Shown here: positions 8,904 to 18,578 of the stretch, in pieces
Numbering within the stretch: the stretch's first letter is position 1
Layout of the letters: each line of letters begins with the position of its first letter
NCBI GenBank assembly: GCA_963699155.1
Contig: OY969414.1
Span: 267,757-331,756 of the forward strand
Direction of reading: 5' to 3'
DNA from: an uncultured Chlamydiales bacterium
GTDB taxonomy: Bacteria; Chlamydiota; Chlamydiia; Chlamydiales; JAAKFR01
Length of the DNA stretch: 64,000 nt
Position numbers and translations under genes: made by a program
Notes under the pieces: generated by a model
What the model was told of the DNA's origin: nothing
Database searches by the model: none
What the model saw: the letters and a program-made list of their open reading frames with translations, nothing else

Positions 8904-9153
8904 TCTTCAACACAGAGACGCAGAGACTCAGAGATTCACAGAGAGGGATCAACGCTGGAGGGCAAAAAAATCGCTTTTTTTGGTGCATGCACCAAAAACA
9001 CCAGAAGAGAAAAGTCATTAAAGAAAAAGAGGGGCCTTCAATACGACTGTCATTGATCACCCCTTTTTCTTTGATGACTTTTCTCTTCGGTGGTTTGAGC
9101 TTCGCTCAAAGAAGCGATTTTCTCTGTGAATCTCTGAGTCTCTGCGTTGAAGA
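8904..9153. mobile_element. Nested palindromic MITE with CACAGAG-type terminal repeats inside the T3SS operon
   Basis: TCTTCAAC..GCAGAGACTCAGAGATTCACAGAGA at 8904-8945 is inverted at 9121-9153; inner IR ~9000-9034 / ~9059-9094; two small side hairpins. Confidence 0.85.
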
Positions 9154-9264
9154 TACCCTCACATCTATGCCCAATCAATATTTAGCCACTGCATAATTGA
9201 CATGTTACTTCAGCTTTATGGGTTCTTGCTTCGATAGCTTCGTCTCAACTTTCCTGATCGCTGA

Positions 9265-9990
9265 CTATCTGGGGCCGCGGTGATTGCTCTGGTCACCCTC
9301 GCGATGATCGCGCTGGCCGCGCTGCTCACGCGCCCGTTCGCTTTCTTCGGTAGTGATCGGCTGAAAGGGGGGAGGGAGGCCTTCTGGTTGGGGAACGGCT
9401 ATCAGATGGTTGCCTATGCTGAGTTCCGTAATCTGGACATTCTTTGCATTGAGCGCTTCGACCATCTGGAGCAGCTGCTCCTTATTCTGTTCCACGAGTG
9501 TGATCGCATTGTTTTGCTGTTGAGGTGACATGAAATTGTCAAAATGGATAGTGAGGTTGTTCGCCTCATAGGAAATGGTCAGATTACTTCCGGCAAAGGC
9601 CTGTGGTACTTCAGGACTCTCTTTGAGGTTAAGAGAAGCGAAATCTTTACCTCCCATCTGGCCTACAGCCATCGTTGAGACCATCTTTTGGATCAGTTGA
9701 CCAATCTGCTGCACCTGAGCTACAGCTGTTGTCGAAGAAATAGACCCACTAGCTGTTTCCACGGCAGCTTCTGCGCCCTCTTCAAGCGCTTGCTGCTTCG
9801 ATTTGATGCCCACATCTTCCATCGTCAGATCGAAGAGCCCTTTCTTTTTAGGCTCCTCCTCTTTTCCGAGTACTTTTTCCTTACGTCCAGGGAGTGTGAA
9901 AGGCTTTTGATCATCTTGAGTTTCACTGGAACCTGATTTACCAGGTGGTGTACTAGAAGGCCTTCTGTTGTCACTTGGGGGGATGCTCAT
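9265..9990 (-). CDS. cdsP: CT671-like T3SS protein CdsP (putative needle-length ruler)
   Basis: Position between cdsO and cdsQ; FAGSNLTI...LTIHFDNF...QLLQMVEAL conserved chlamydial region. Confidence 0.75.
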   Translation of the reverse strand: MSIPPSDNRRPSSTPPGKSGSSETQDDQKPFTLPGRKEKVLGKEEEPKKKGLFDLTMEDVGIKSKQQALEEGAEAAVETASGSISSTTAVAQVQQIGQLIQKMVSTMAVGQMGGKDFASLNLKESPEVPQAFAGSNLTISYEANNLTIHFDNFMSPQQQNNAITLVEQNKEQLLQMVEALNAKNVQITELSIGNHLIAVPQPEGLPPPFQPITTEESERAREQRGQRDHREGDQSNHRGPR

Positions 9991-10487
9991 TCCTGACTCC
10001 TTTTCTTCTTTTGTGCTTCATGGAGCACCTGACCAATTTCATCCTGTTCTTTCGCCTCTTTCTTGTCGGCCTCGGCACGTGCCTCTTTGGTCCATTGCTC
10101 TTTGTGAAGCTGAATTTTTTCTTCTTCGAGCCGCTTTTTCTTCAACTCTTTACGCGCCTCATCAAGATTGCGCTCGGCAATGCGCACCTGCTCTTTCTGC
10201 GCTTTGACTTTTTCCTCTTCTTTCTTCAGCTTTTCCTTCACAACCTTGAGGTAAGCCTTCATCTGGAGCACCTCATCACTGGTCGTTCCCTCATCCATCG
10301 CCTTTCTCAATTGGGCCAGTTTGTCATTATGGTGGTTCAGAACCCGGTTGCGCTCCTCTTCTACCTTTTTAAGCTTTTCCTCTTCAACATTTAACGCTCT
10401 TTTCTTTTCCTCGACGACCTTTTCGGCTTTCCGCACACGGTCCTTTTTTACCGCAAGAACTTGTTCTAGGGGATATTTTTCCGTCAC
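9987..10487 (-). CDS. sctO: T3SS stalk protein CdsO/SctO
   Basis: YPLEQVLAVKKDRV...AEKVV, coiled coil, directly after the ATPase (CT670 position). Confidence 0.88.
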   Translation of the reverse strand: MTEKYPLEQVLAVKKDRVRKAEKVVEEKKRALNVEEEKLKKVEEERNRVLNHHNDKLAQLRKAMDEGTTSDEVLQMKAYLKVVKEKLKKEEEKVKAQKEQVRIAERNLDEARKELKKKRLEEEKIQLHKEQWTKEARAEADKKEAKEQDEIGQVLHEAQKKKRSQE

Positions 10488-10494
10488 GATTCAC

Positions 10495-11823
10495 CTACTT
10501 AAATAGGGCGCGCAGCTGCTGTAGGGTCTCTTCAAAAGTGGTTTTTTCCTCGATCGTCTGTTTGAGGAAACGGTTCAACTTATCGATGTGGTCGATGGCA
10601 TAATCGGCATCGCGATCCGATCCCCGCTTGTATTCACCGATCCTGATTAACATCTCATTTTTGCGGTAGTTGGCGAGCACCTCCCGTCCTTTACTGACAG
10701 AACGGAGTTGTTCGGGCTTGGCGACTTCGGTGAGAAGACGACTGATCGAAGCGAGCACATCGATGGCAGGATAGTGATAAGCCTGCGCTAGTGCATTGGA
10801 AAGAATGATATGGCCATCGAGGATCGATTTGACCTCATCTGCGACAGGCTCATTCATATCATCGCCTGCGACGAGAATCGTATAAAAGGCGGTGATGGAG
10901 CCGATATCAGAATTGCCAGAACGCTCTAAAAGCCTCGGAAGAGTGGAAAAGACAGAAGGAGTGTAGCCAGCGCGCGCGGGAGGCTCGCCTGCTGCAAGAC
11001 CGATCTCGCGCAAAGCCCGCGCAAATCGTGTCACCGAATCCATCATCAGGATGACCCGCTTGCCTTGGTCGCGGAAGTATTCGGCAATCGCCGTTCCCAC
11101 ATAGGCGGCATTGAGACGCAGCTGTGAAGCCTGATCGGAGGTTGAGACGATGATGACAGAACGTGCGAGACCCTCTTCGCCGAGATCTTTCTCGATAAAT
11201 TCGCGCACTTCTCGTCCCCGCTCACCGATCAACGCGATTACGTTGATATCGGCCGAGGCATATCTGGCGATCATGCCGAGAAGGGTCGACTTCCCGACGC
11301 CAGCGCCTGCAAAAATCCCTACGCGCTGGCCTCGTCCACAGGTCAAAAAGGCATCGATGCAACGTACACCGGTCGGCATCGGTTCGGTGATCCGTTGCCG
11401 TTTTAGTGGATCAGGGGGTGCTCGGAATATAGGATAGGTCTCTGTGAGATTGAGAGGCCCTTTCACATCGGTGTCGAGCGGCTCTCCCATTCCATTCAAG
11501 ACCCTGCCAAGTAGTTCAGGGCCCACTTTGATATGGAGCGCCATCCGCGTGGGAATCACTTCAGAAGAGGGGCCAACGCCAGTCATTTCCCCCAGCGGCG
11601 AGAGATAGACCTCATCTTGGGTAAAGCCGACGACCTCTGTCATCAGCGGCGGCAGATCTTGACGCTTCACCAAGCAGACTTCTCCGATTCTTACCTGAGG
11701 AACAACCGCTTTGATGAGCATGCCGACCACTTCTGTGATCCGCCCCATCATCGTCGTCAGCTGAACCTCTTCGAGACTCGAGATCAGTTTATCAAATTCA
11801 GGTGATGAACCTTCATTAGCCAA
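10495..11823 (-). CDS. sctN: T3SS ATPase CdsN/SctN
   Basis: Walker A GAGVGKST, IGERGREVRE, MMDSVTRFARA, DEVKSILDGHI. Confidence 0.97.
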   Translation of the reverse strand: MANEGSSPEFDKLISSLEEVQLTTMMGRITEVVGMLIKAVVPQVRIGEVCLVKRQDLPPLMTEVVGFTQDEVYLSPLGEMTGVGPSSEVIPTRMALHIKVGPELLGRVLNGMGEPLDTDVKGPLNLTETYPIFRAPPDPLKRQRITEPMPTGVRCIDAFLTCGRGQRVGIFAGAGVGKSTLLGMIARYASADINVIALIGERGREVREFIEKDLGEEGLARSVIIVSTSDQASQLRLNAAYVGTAIAEYFRDQGKRVILMMDSVTRFARALREIGLAAGEPPARAGYTPSVFSTLPRLLERSGNSDIGSITAFYTILVAGDDMNEPVADEVKSILDGHIILSNALAQAYHYPAIDVLASISRLLTEVAKPEQLRSVSKGREVLANYRKNEMLIRIGEYKRGSDRDADYAIDHIDKLNRFLKQTIEEKTTFEETLQQLRALFK

Positions 11824-12460
11824 GTTGCGTACTCATGATCGTTTTGATTCCTGAAACTGATGAACCCACAATGCTCGCAAACAACTCCCCCCGCTGGCTA
11901 GCGCGTTGTACGGCATACTGGAGTTTAAGATAAGAGGTGATATCTGGCTTCTCAGTATTCTGTAGATAGTCCAATGCCCCTCCTAATGTCCCCTGAGCCC
12001 CATCTAGCCAATTCGAAACCCAGTCGACCACACCCTGACCTTGCTTCTGCGTCGGCGGTGTAAACTCCCCATCCGAGTTTTTCGCGATCGCCTGCATATC
12101 GGGATTCATCTTTTGCGTCACCTTCTGCATGGCCGTATAGTGGTCATCAGTAAATTTGCTCGCGATGTTGGGATCTTGAATCTTGTCCTGGATATTTCCG
12201 AGCTGGTTTTGCAGCTTCACAAGCGTGTCTGAAAGCTCTTCAGGAGCCACAGCTCCCTGTTGACGCGCTGCATCCCCGGCCACTTCCATGGGGCTGGGCT
12301 TGGTTGTCTGAGATTCCGGCGTCGCTGGAGATCCTTGCGGCCCTACATTAAAGGGACGGGGCTCTTGAGCTTCTTCCCCAGCGCCAATACGTGGCTTTTC
12401 AGGGCCAAAGGGAGGAGTCGGTTGTGTGGGACTCACTCCACCTGAGTTTCCGAATGACAT
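11816..12460 (-). CDS. CT668-like T3SS-associated protein
   Basis: Synteny (cdsG-CT668-cdsN); C-terminal LKLQYAVQRASQRGELFASIV...IKTIMSTQL. Confidence 0.75.
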   Translation of the reverse strand: MSFGNSGGVSPTQPTPPFGPEKPRIGAGEEAQEPRPFNVGPQGSPATPESQTTKPSPMEVAGDAARQQGAVAPEELSDTLVKLQNQLGNIQDKIQDPNIASKFTDDHYTAMQKVTQKMNPDMQAIAKNSDGEFTPPTQKQGQGVVDWVSNWLDGAQGTLGGALDYLQNTEKPDITSYLKLQYAVQRASQRGELFASIVGSSVSGIKTIMSTQLG

Positions 12461-12473
12461 AGCGACCTCTCGA

Positions 12474-12926
12474 TTATGCGGCTGGGCCGCGTTCTGAGAC
12501 TTTTACCATCAACTCTTTTTCCCAATCGAGAAGTGACTGAGCGAGCTGCCGTGTTGTCGGTGCGTCGCTCTTATCTAAGACCTCTTGGGCTAGTTCTGCG
12601 CCTTTTTGCAATGCCTCTATCTTCTCCTGATCACTCCGCTCTTGAAGAACAGAAAGAATATAAGAGAAAGCAAGAAATGCTTTGGCGCGGTAGTTGGTCT
12701 GTTCCACCTCCAAAATCTCATTGAATTGGCGTTGAGCAGACGTAATATCCATTTTATGAAGCGCGATTAACCCGAAACCCATCTTGCGTGCCAAATTTTG
12801 GGGATCGAGAATGCCGACAGCATTAAAGAGCTTTTTTGCACTTTCTTCATCGCCTTGTTTGATCGCGACAAGCCCTGATTCCACCAACAGGGGAAGATCT
12901 TCCTTAAAATCTTGAAGCGTAGCCAT
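12474..12926 (-). CDS. cdsG: TPR needle chaperone CdsG (CT667-like)
   Basis: LLVESGLVAIKQGDEESAKKLFNA; synteny after cdsF. Confidence 0.82.
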   Translation of the reverse strand: MATLQDFKEDLPLLVESGLVAIKQGDEESAKKLFNAVGILDPQNLARKMGFGLIALHKMDITSAQRQFNEILEVEQTNYRAKAFLAFSYILSVLQERSDQEKIEALQKGAELAQEVLDKSDAPTTRQLAQSLLDWEKELMVKVSERGPAA

Positions 12927-12945
12927 TGTATTATCCTCTCGTTAA

Positions 12946-13179
12946 TTATTGCCCTTTAGTTGCCCTTGCCATCGTGACCATTTCGTTGTTCACTGCGCTC
13001 AGAGTGTTAGAAACGGCCTCAATGTACTGCGACATGATCTGCATGAAGAACTGCATCTGAAACATCGTCGCCAAGTTGACAGTCCCGCCAGTCGCCTTCT
13101 CGAGCTGTGTCAGATAGCTTTGGACGTTTTGAACATACTTGTTCAAACCTGCCAGCATCTGAGTAAAATTGAAAGACAT
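12946..13179 (-). CDS. cdsF: T3SS needle subunit CdsF/SctF
   Basis: GTVNLATMFQMQFFMQIMSQYIEAVSNTLSAVNNEMVTMARATKG; 77 aa; CT666 position. Confidence 0.88.
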   Translation of the reverse strand: MSFNFTQMLAGLNKYVQNVQSYLTQLEKATGGTVNLATMFQMQFFMQIMSQYIEAVSNTLSAVNNEMVTMARATKGQ

Positions 13180-13200
13180 AGTTCTCTCCTCAATTAAAAA

Positions 13201-13449
13201 TTAAAACATCTTACGGTTGACGCGCTGAATGACCTTTTGGACTGCCAAATAGCCATGCAAGAGGGTCTGCGCTTGATCGAAGACCTTCTTATCCTCTCCA
13301 TGCCGCAATATTCCCTTAAGCTGTGTGATCCTCTCTTCCACTTGCTCTTTCATCGCACGCAGTTTTCCAGGATCTTTCAAATCTTGTTCTAAGTCGAAAG
13401 AGATCTCAGCCGCTTTTTTCTTCTTTTTACCGCTATCCATCCCAAACAT
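13201..13449 (-). CDS. cdsE: Needle chaperone CdsE (CT665-like)
   Basis: MFGM...FDLEQDLK...IKGILRHG...LLHGYLAVQKVI; synteny. Confidence 0.82.
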   Translation of the reverse strand: MFGMDSGKKKKKAAEISFDLEQDLKDPGKLRAMKEQVEERITQLKGILRHGEDKKVFDQAQTLLHGYLAVQKVIQRVNRKMF

Positions 13450-13455
13450 AATTGT

Positions 13456-15393
13456 TTACTCTCCTCTATAAGAGTTGCATGTATTGTATTCGATTTTATA
13501 TTTCAACCCGTCTTTCTCTAGGAATACAGCATTGGGTTGAATGCTAGTAATTGTGTAGCTATCGAGACAGTCACCCCGTGTCAGAATGCGTCCATTGATC
13601 ACCACGTTCACATTGACATCACCATGTTTCGAATAGCCTGTGACGTGAAATCTTCCTATGGCTTTCTTATTGAGATCGACGACACTAGCTTCTGGGGTCA
13701 CAGCAACGACAAAATTCCTCACTGCACGGATTCCAGGGATCTTTTTCAGATCGTCAACCATCTTCTCAAATGCGAAAATGTTGTTAGAGCCGACATAACC
13801 GGTTAACTGAAGATCGCCGTTAGCTAGTTGTGGGGTCACAGCTCTAAATCCTTTCTGTGCCAAACGACTGTTCACCTCTTCTACGACCGATTGTTCCACT
13901 ACAACACGATTTTGCAAAAGATCGATGAAATTGAAGTTGACATTGAGATAGTCCATCAACTCAGACGCTTGCTTCTCAGTAGGTAGATAGCCACTGACAA
14001 CGAAGCTTCCAGGCTCCGGTGAGTGCATGCTGACTCCTTTAAAGTCTGCCTGTTTCGAAAGCAGAATGTTCATCTCTTGCCAGACCGCTTCATCGTTGAC
14101 CACGTTATCATCGATTCCCTTCAAATAGCCGAGACCTTTCAGTTGATAGAGAAGTTCATTGTGTTCCACTCCATTACGGACGTGGCCAAGCAAAAAGAGC
14201 TTGCCATTGGCAGGGTTGAAGGTGAATTTGACGGCAGGATAGTTTTTGGTGATCGACTGGATATCGGCTAAAAAGTCTTTACGTGGTACTGTGACTTCAC
14301 TTTGTTGAAAGAGAGAGACAAGGCCAATACCCAAAAGAACCGCAAGTCCTCCCACAATGAGCGAGAGCACCAATGCACCTGGAGAAACGCGTCGACGTCT
14401 CGGTGGTGGGGTGACAGCCGCAGCAACGGGTAGAGGCTCATGGGCCTCTTCCTCTTCTTCTGGTGGAAGTGCCTCCTCCTCCTCTTCTGCAGCTGTTTCA
14501 TAGACTGGTGTAGCGATCGTTTCGGCAGGAGCTTCTCGGTCGATCAAGAGGAAAGCTGACGTGCCGAGAGCGACGACTGAGTTGGCTGACACCACCTTGG
14601 GTCTGCTAATTCTTTCTCGATCGACAATCACTCCATTGCGAGATCCTAGATCCTCGGCCGTTACAACGCCATCGTGGGCGACATGCAAACGGGCATGTTC
14701 CCTGGAAACGCTTAAGTCATTAAAGATAATGTCGCAGGTTGCTGTGTCGGTCCCGATGAGATAGCTGCGATCGAGGTCCAAGGCAAACTCAGCACCCGTA
14801 TTGGGACCTGCTATCACTTTCAAAAGGAAGCGGGTTGTCTGCGTCAGGTCGATACGGAATTCCGGAACCTCAGACTCTTCAAATGTTTCATGCAGGGGCT
14901 CTTCTTCACGAAGCTTTTCTTCGAACTTCTCTTCGGGCTCCTCAGGCGCATGTAAGGCCGGTTCTTGTGAACCAAACACCTCTTCTTCTAAAGACTCCTT
15001 GGGCTTCTCTGCCACTTCTTCAGCTGGCTCTGGAGCTTCTTCTTCAAACTCTTCATGAGGAAGTTCCGATTCGAAGGCATAGTCGACAGGGGCGCCTTCA
15101 GGGTGAAAGCGGAAGGTCGATCCACCAATGGTCACAATGTCCCCATCATTCAATGGAGAGGGAACAATCGCAGGCTTGCCATTGATCAAGACAGGGATGG
15201 TTTCACTCAAGTTCTCAATGGAAAAGCCCGTCTCAGTTCGGCGCACCCGTGCATGGAGCCGTGAGACTTTGGGGTCTTCGATCACGATGGTACAAAGGTC
15301 TGGATCCCTTCCGATCGTCCATTCTTCGCCATGTTCGAGCGAAAGGATCAACCCTTTCAACACTCCCTCTTCGGCGATGAATTCAGCACTCAT
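13456..15393 (-). CDS. sctD: T3SS inner-ring protein CdsD/SctD with two FHA domains, TM helix and periplasmic BON-like repeats
   Basis: WTIGRDPD...VSRLHA and DIIFNDLSVSREHA...DLGSRNG FHA motifs; acidic linkers; TM LVLSLIVGGLAVLLGIGLV. Confidence 0.93.
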   Translation of the reverse strand: MSAEFIAEEGVLKGLILSLEHGEEWTIGRDPDLCTIVIEDPKVSRLHARVRRTETGFSIENLSETIPVLINGKPAIVPSPLNDGDIVTIGGSTFRFHPEGAPVDYAFESELPHEEFEEEAPEPAEEVAEKPKESLEEEVFGSQEPALHAPEEPEEKFEEKLREEEPLHETFEESEVPEFRIDLTQTTRFLLKVIAGPNTGAEFALDLDRSYLIGTDTATCDIIFNDLSVSREHARLHVAHDGVVTAEDLGSRNGVIVDRERISRPKVVSANSVVALGTSAFLLIDREAPAETIATPVYETAAEEEEEALPPEEEEEAHEPLPVAAAVTPPPRRRRVSPGALVLSLIVGGLAVLLGIGLVSLFQQSEVTVPRKDFLADIQSITKNYPAVKFTFNPANGKLFLLGHVRNGVEHNELLYQLKGLGYLKGIDDNVVNDEAVWQEMNILLSKQADFKGVSMHSPEPGSFVVSGYLPTEKQASELMDYLNVNFNFIDLLQNRVVVEQSVVEEVNSRLAQKGFRAVTPQLANGDLQLTGYVGSNNIFAFEKMVDDLKKIPGIRAVRNFVVAVTPEASVVDLNKKAIGRFHVTGYSKHGDVNVNVVINGRILTRGDCLDSYTITSIQPNAVFLEKDGLKYKIEYNTCNSYRGE

Positions 15394-15401
15394 TTTCTTT
15401 C

Positions 15402-15806
15402 CTATCTCTTACTCGATTCAAATTCGGCCGTTTCTCGGCGCCAAGCCTCTGCATAATTGACAAACTCTTCCAGCCGCTCGTAAAAAGTACGGTACGATTC
15501 ATGTTCTAGCAAAAAGTGGACCAAGATCACTTTTTTTCCATCGACATCCAAACCTAAGGCTGCTTCTCCCGTTTCACGGCCAAACAAATTTGCCGTCATG
15601 ATCTTCAGCAAATAGTCATCGGTGTGCTGCTTAGGCAAATCTGCCAGCACGGCCTGCAATTTGATGATCGACTCTTCATTTTCCCGTAGAACGATATCAA
15701 GTTGAGGCTCAAGGCGCAGAGAATAGGAACCATCCTCTTTTGCTTCAATGACTTGCTCAAATCCCAACTCAATGCTAAGCTGCTCGATGTACTGTTTCAG
15801 CGCCAT
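15402..15806 (-). CDS. scc4: CesT-family T3SS chaperone, CT663/Scc4-like
   Basis: LLKIMTANLFGRETGEAALGLD...FVNYAEAWR; first gene of the cluster. Confidence 0.8.
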   Translation of the reverse strand: MALKQYIEQLSIELGFEQVIEAKEDGSYSLRLEPQLDIVLRENEESIIKLQAVLADLPKQHTDDYLLKIMTANLFGRETGEAALGLDVDGKKVILVHFLLEHESYRTFYERLEEFVNYAEAWRRETAEFESSKR

Positions 15807-15872
15807 GTGTGCAGAACTTTACATATATTTAGTTTCATTTTTGTTGTTTTTTAAATATACGTCCATACGTTT

Positions 15873-16274
15873 ATGAAATCCATTAGAATGATCTTAACAT
15901 TGTCTTTACTGTTTTCTAAATTATCTGCTATGACTTTTTCCGAGTCAGGAAAAATGCCCTGGGGATGCGATAGCGACCTGCTTTCAGCAAAGCGCGAACG
16001 CATTGAAAATGAATCGCATAAACATACCATCGGCCAAAAAACATGCCGTGCGATGATCCGCTTCTTCCAAAACTACATCTCTCCCATCGACGGACCGCGC
16101 AGCAGCTTTTATCCCACCTCATCGCAATACACCCTCGATGCGATCGAAAGGCATGGCATCCTCCAAGGCATCGGCATGGGATGCGACCGCCTGCTGCGCG
16201 AAAATGGCGAGCTCTGGATCTACGACCTCACCGACAACTACGGCATCACCCGCAAAGTCGACCCAATCCGATAA
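15873..16274 (+). CDS. YidD-like (membrane protein insertion efficiency factor family) protein with N-terminal signal peptide
   Basis: IRFFQNYISPIDGPRSSFYPTSSQYTLDAIERHG...GCDRLLR; the canonical CRFxPTCS cysteines are replaced by Ser. Confidence 0.8.
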   Translation: MKSIRMILTLSLLFSKLSAMTFSESGKMPWGCDSDLLSAKRERIENESHKHTIGQKTCRAMIRFFQNYISPIDGPRSSFYPTSSQYTLDAIERHGILQGIGMGCDRLLRENGELWIYDLTDNYGITRKVDPIR

Positions 16275-16335
16275 GTTTTCTTTTTGACAGCCATTTATCA
16301 AATCTGTATTCTTCTTTCCCATAAAGGAGGTTTTC

Positions 16336-17382
16336 ATGTCTATAAGACTGGTTTCACAAGCCGATTCTTCTGCGATGGAGATTTCAGGCAACTATTTGTA
16401 TATCAATGGTGGCACTGCTTTGGGCCCTGCTAGACCCATCAAAGCTGTCGTTCAATTGAATCCTGCACGAGTTCAGATTATCACAGAAGCGGGGCAACAT
16501 AAAACGGTACAGCCCTATGACATCGATCTATCTCCTCTGTTAGATCTGAAAGGTCTCGCGGCTCTTCTCTTCCAGGGCCAAAAATTAGGGCTTTCGCAAA
16601 TGAGTAAGGGCGATATCAGAGTCTATCTGAAAGGAATGACACTGGGCGGTGGGGACTTTTCGATTGATCCTGCCACAACATCAGTAGCAGTGGTTCTGAA
16701 TAAACTACGAACACTTTTGAAAGAAGACTACAGCGCTAAGGAAGAAAAAACCGAGGAAGAAAATAAGTATGTTTGGAAGGTCACCAAAGCTGCTGAGAAA
16801 GCGACTACTATCACATTAGAACTCACCATCGAAAAACACAAATATGAAACGACAATCGATTTGAAGAGTCGTGAAGATCAAGGCAAACTTGGGGACGAAC
16901 TATCAGGAAAAGTAGAGTCAGAGCTTTCTTTAGACACAACGGATCATGCTTACAACATCTCGATGAAGCAAATCGAAAAAACTAAAGCGGAAGAGAAGGC
17001 CAAACAGGAGAAAGAAGAAGGGAAAGCGAAAACTGACGAGGCCAAGCAAAAAGTAAAAACCGAAAAAGCGAAAACGGAACAGGTCGAACAGCAAACAAAA
17101 GATAGTGAGAAAAAAAATAAAGCTGAGATTGAAATCCTCAAGGCGGAAAAAAAGAAGAAAGATGCAGAAACCGATAAGATAAAAACTGATAAATGGACCG
17201 GCATTGCTAGCACTGCAGGTGGTATAACTATTGCGGTAGCCAAAGTCTTTATGCCCAACGGTGTCATTACCCCTATCCCACTGCCAGACACTCAGGCTCC
17301 CCCAACATCCACACCCACGATTACCGATGCTTCTGCTACACCTCCACTTGCTATAGAAGCCTCTAAAGAGGAAAAAAAATGA
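16336..17382 (+). CDS. Orphan coiled-coil protein, paralog of the next gene
   Basis: AAGGAGG RBS; N-terminal domain ending YLKGMTLGGG; K/E-rich coiled coil; hydrophobic GIASTAGGITIAVA; Pro/Thr tail. Confidence 0.8.
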   Translation: MSIRLVSQADSSAMEISGNYLYINGGTALGPARPIKAVVQLNPARVQIITEAGQHKTVQPYDIDLSPLLDLKGLAALLFQGQKLGLSQMSKGDIRVYLKGMTLGGGDFSIDPATTSVAVVLNKLRTLLKEDYSAKEEKTEEENKYVWKVTKAAEKATTITLELTIEKHKYETTIDLKSREDQGKLGDELSGKVESELSLDTTDHAYNISMKQIEKTKAEEKAKQEKEEGKAKTDEAKQKVKTEKAKTEQVEQQTKDSEKKNKAEIEILKAEKKKKDAETDKIKTDKWTGIASTAGGITIAVAKVFMPNGVITPIPLPDTQAPPTSTPTITDASATPPLAIEASKEEKK

Positions 17383-18578
17383 CTCTGACTGTAACGAGAG
17401 AGCTCCTCTATATCACTCCAGGAACTACTGATCACTCTACTAGGCCCCTTTCGGCTAGAGTAGAATGGCAGCCTTCCAAGGCAGTTATTGTGACGCCTGA
17501 TGGCAAAGATCACGAGGTGAAACCCTACGATGCCGCATTCCTAAAAGAATTCTCTGCACAAACCTTTTCGCTTCTCCTCCAACGAGGGATGAGGCTAGGA
17601 GTTTCAAGACTTACCAATGGGGATTACCGTCTTTTTCTTCAGGGAACACTCCTTGGAGGCGGCCGCCTTTCTATCGATGACAAAACTCATCCATTTGTTG
17701 TCAATAAGGTTCGTGCTTTTTTAAACCGACCCCAAGAAATCTGCCAAGATGACATCCATACTTGGTATTTAGAAGGTGGCGTCACGGTCACTCTTCAGCA
17801 CAGAGAAAAAGAAATTGAAATAAGCAGCTCAGGTGATAAAGGAGCTCTTAGCGAGAAACTTTTGAAAGAGGTTATAGACAGCTTGGCACTGGAGACGACT
17901 GAACATTCCGTCAAAATTGAACTTCTACTTGCAGAACAAAAGCAACCCGATATGGAAAAAGCCGAACTTAAACATCAACTCCTTGCTGAGCAATTAAAGC
18001 AAGAACAGATCAAGACAGCAGAAGCAAGGCAAGATGCTGAATATAAAAAGCAGAAAGCGGAACTAGAAAGGCAAAACCTTCAAGCCGATACTGAATTAAA
18101 GAAAGCTACCGCATCCACAAATAGACAAATTGGGATAGGTGCGGTCCTCGGGGGTGGCTCTACAGTTGCTCTCGTTCTTTACCAAATTGGACCGGCTATT
18201 GCCCAAGGCGCGCGTACGTGTGTTGTTGAAGGGCTAAAGTGGATATCAACTCCTAAAAAACCAGACTTAGCGACAAAGGGGATAATGCTTATCCATAAAT
18301 CGCCTAAGTTATTCAGCCGAATTGCTCGGGTTGCCGCACCGGGCGTCTCACTTATGTTTGCAGCAGGTTCAGTGGGATACCGCATTTATCACAGAAAGGA
18401 AGATCCAAATTGGCAACTGAAAGCAGGGATTGATGTTGTGACAGGGGTTGCAGGGTGTTTCCCTGGCGTGGGGAGCATCTTTTCCGCAGCGGGGTCGGCG
18501 ACAGTCGCAGTCTTGGATGTTAAAGATAATCTGGCCAGAAGTGGGGCTGAGAAAACAGAAAAAGAGGGGAGTGTATGA
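17379..18578 (+). CDS. Orphan coiled-coil protein with Gly-rich hydrophobic C-terminus
   Basis: ATGA overlap with the previous gene; N-terminal domain ending FLQGTLLGGG; GIGAVLGGGSTVALVL and GIDVVTGVAGCFPGVGSIFSAAG segments. Confidence 0.8.
   Translation: MTLTVTRELLYITPGTTDHSTRPLSARVEWQPSKAVIVTPDGKDHEVKPYDAAFLKEFSAQTFSLLLQRGMRLGVSRLTNGDYRLFLQGTLLGGGRLSIDDKTHPFVVNKVRAFLNRPQEICQDDIHTWYLEGGVTVTLQHREKEIEISSSGDKGALSEKLLKEVIDSLALETTEHSVKIELLLAEQKQPDMEKAELKHQLLAEQLKQEQIKTAEARQDAEYKKQKAELERQNLQADTELKKATASTNRQIGIGAVLGGGSTVALVLYQIGPAIAQGARTCVVEGLKWISTPKKPDLATKGIMLIHKSPKLFSRIARVAAPGVSLMFAAGSVGYRIYHRKEDPNWQLKAGIDVVTGVAGCFPGVGSIFSAAGSATVAVLDVKDNLARSGAEKTEKEGSV

Noticed and set aside
8843-9196. 117-aa ORF antisense to the T3SS operon
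   Set aside because: It lies entirely over the palindromic element, and the internal peptide repeats reflect the IRs
7468-11823. Reading sctQ/sctN (FliN/FliI-like) together with fliW as a flagellar cluster
   Set aside because: Gene order and sequences match the chlamydial injectisome cluster CT663-674
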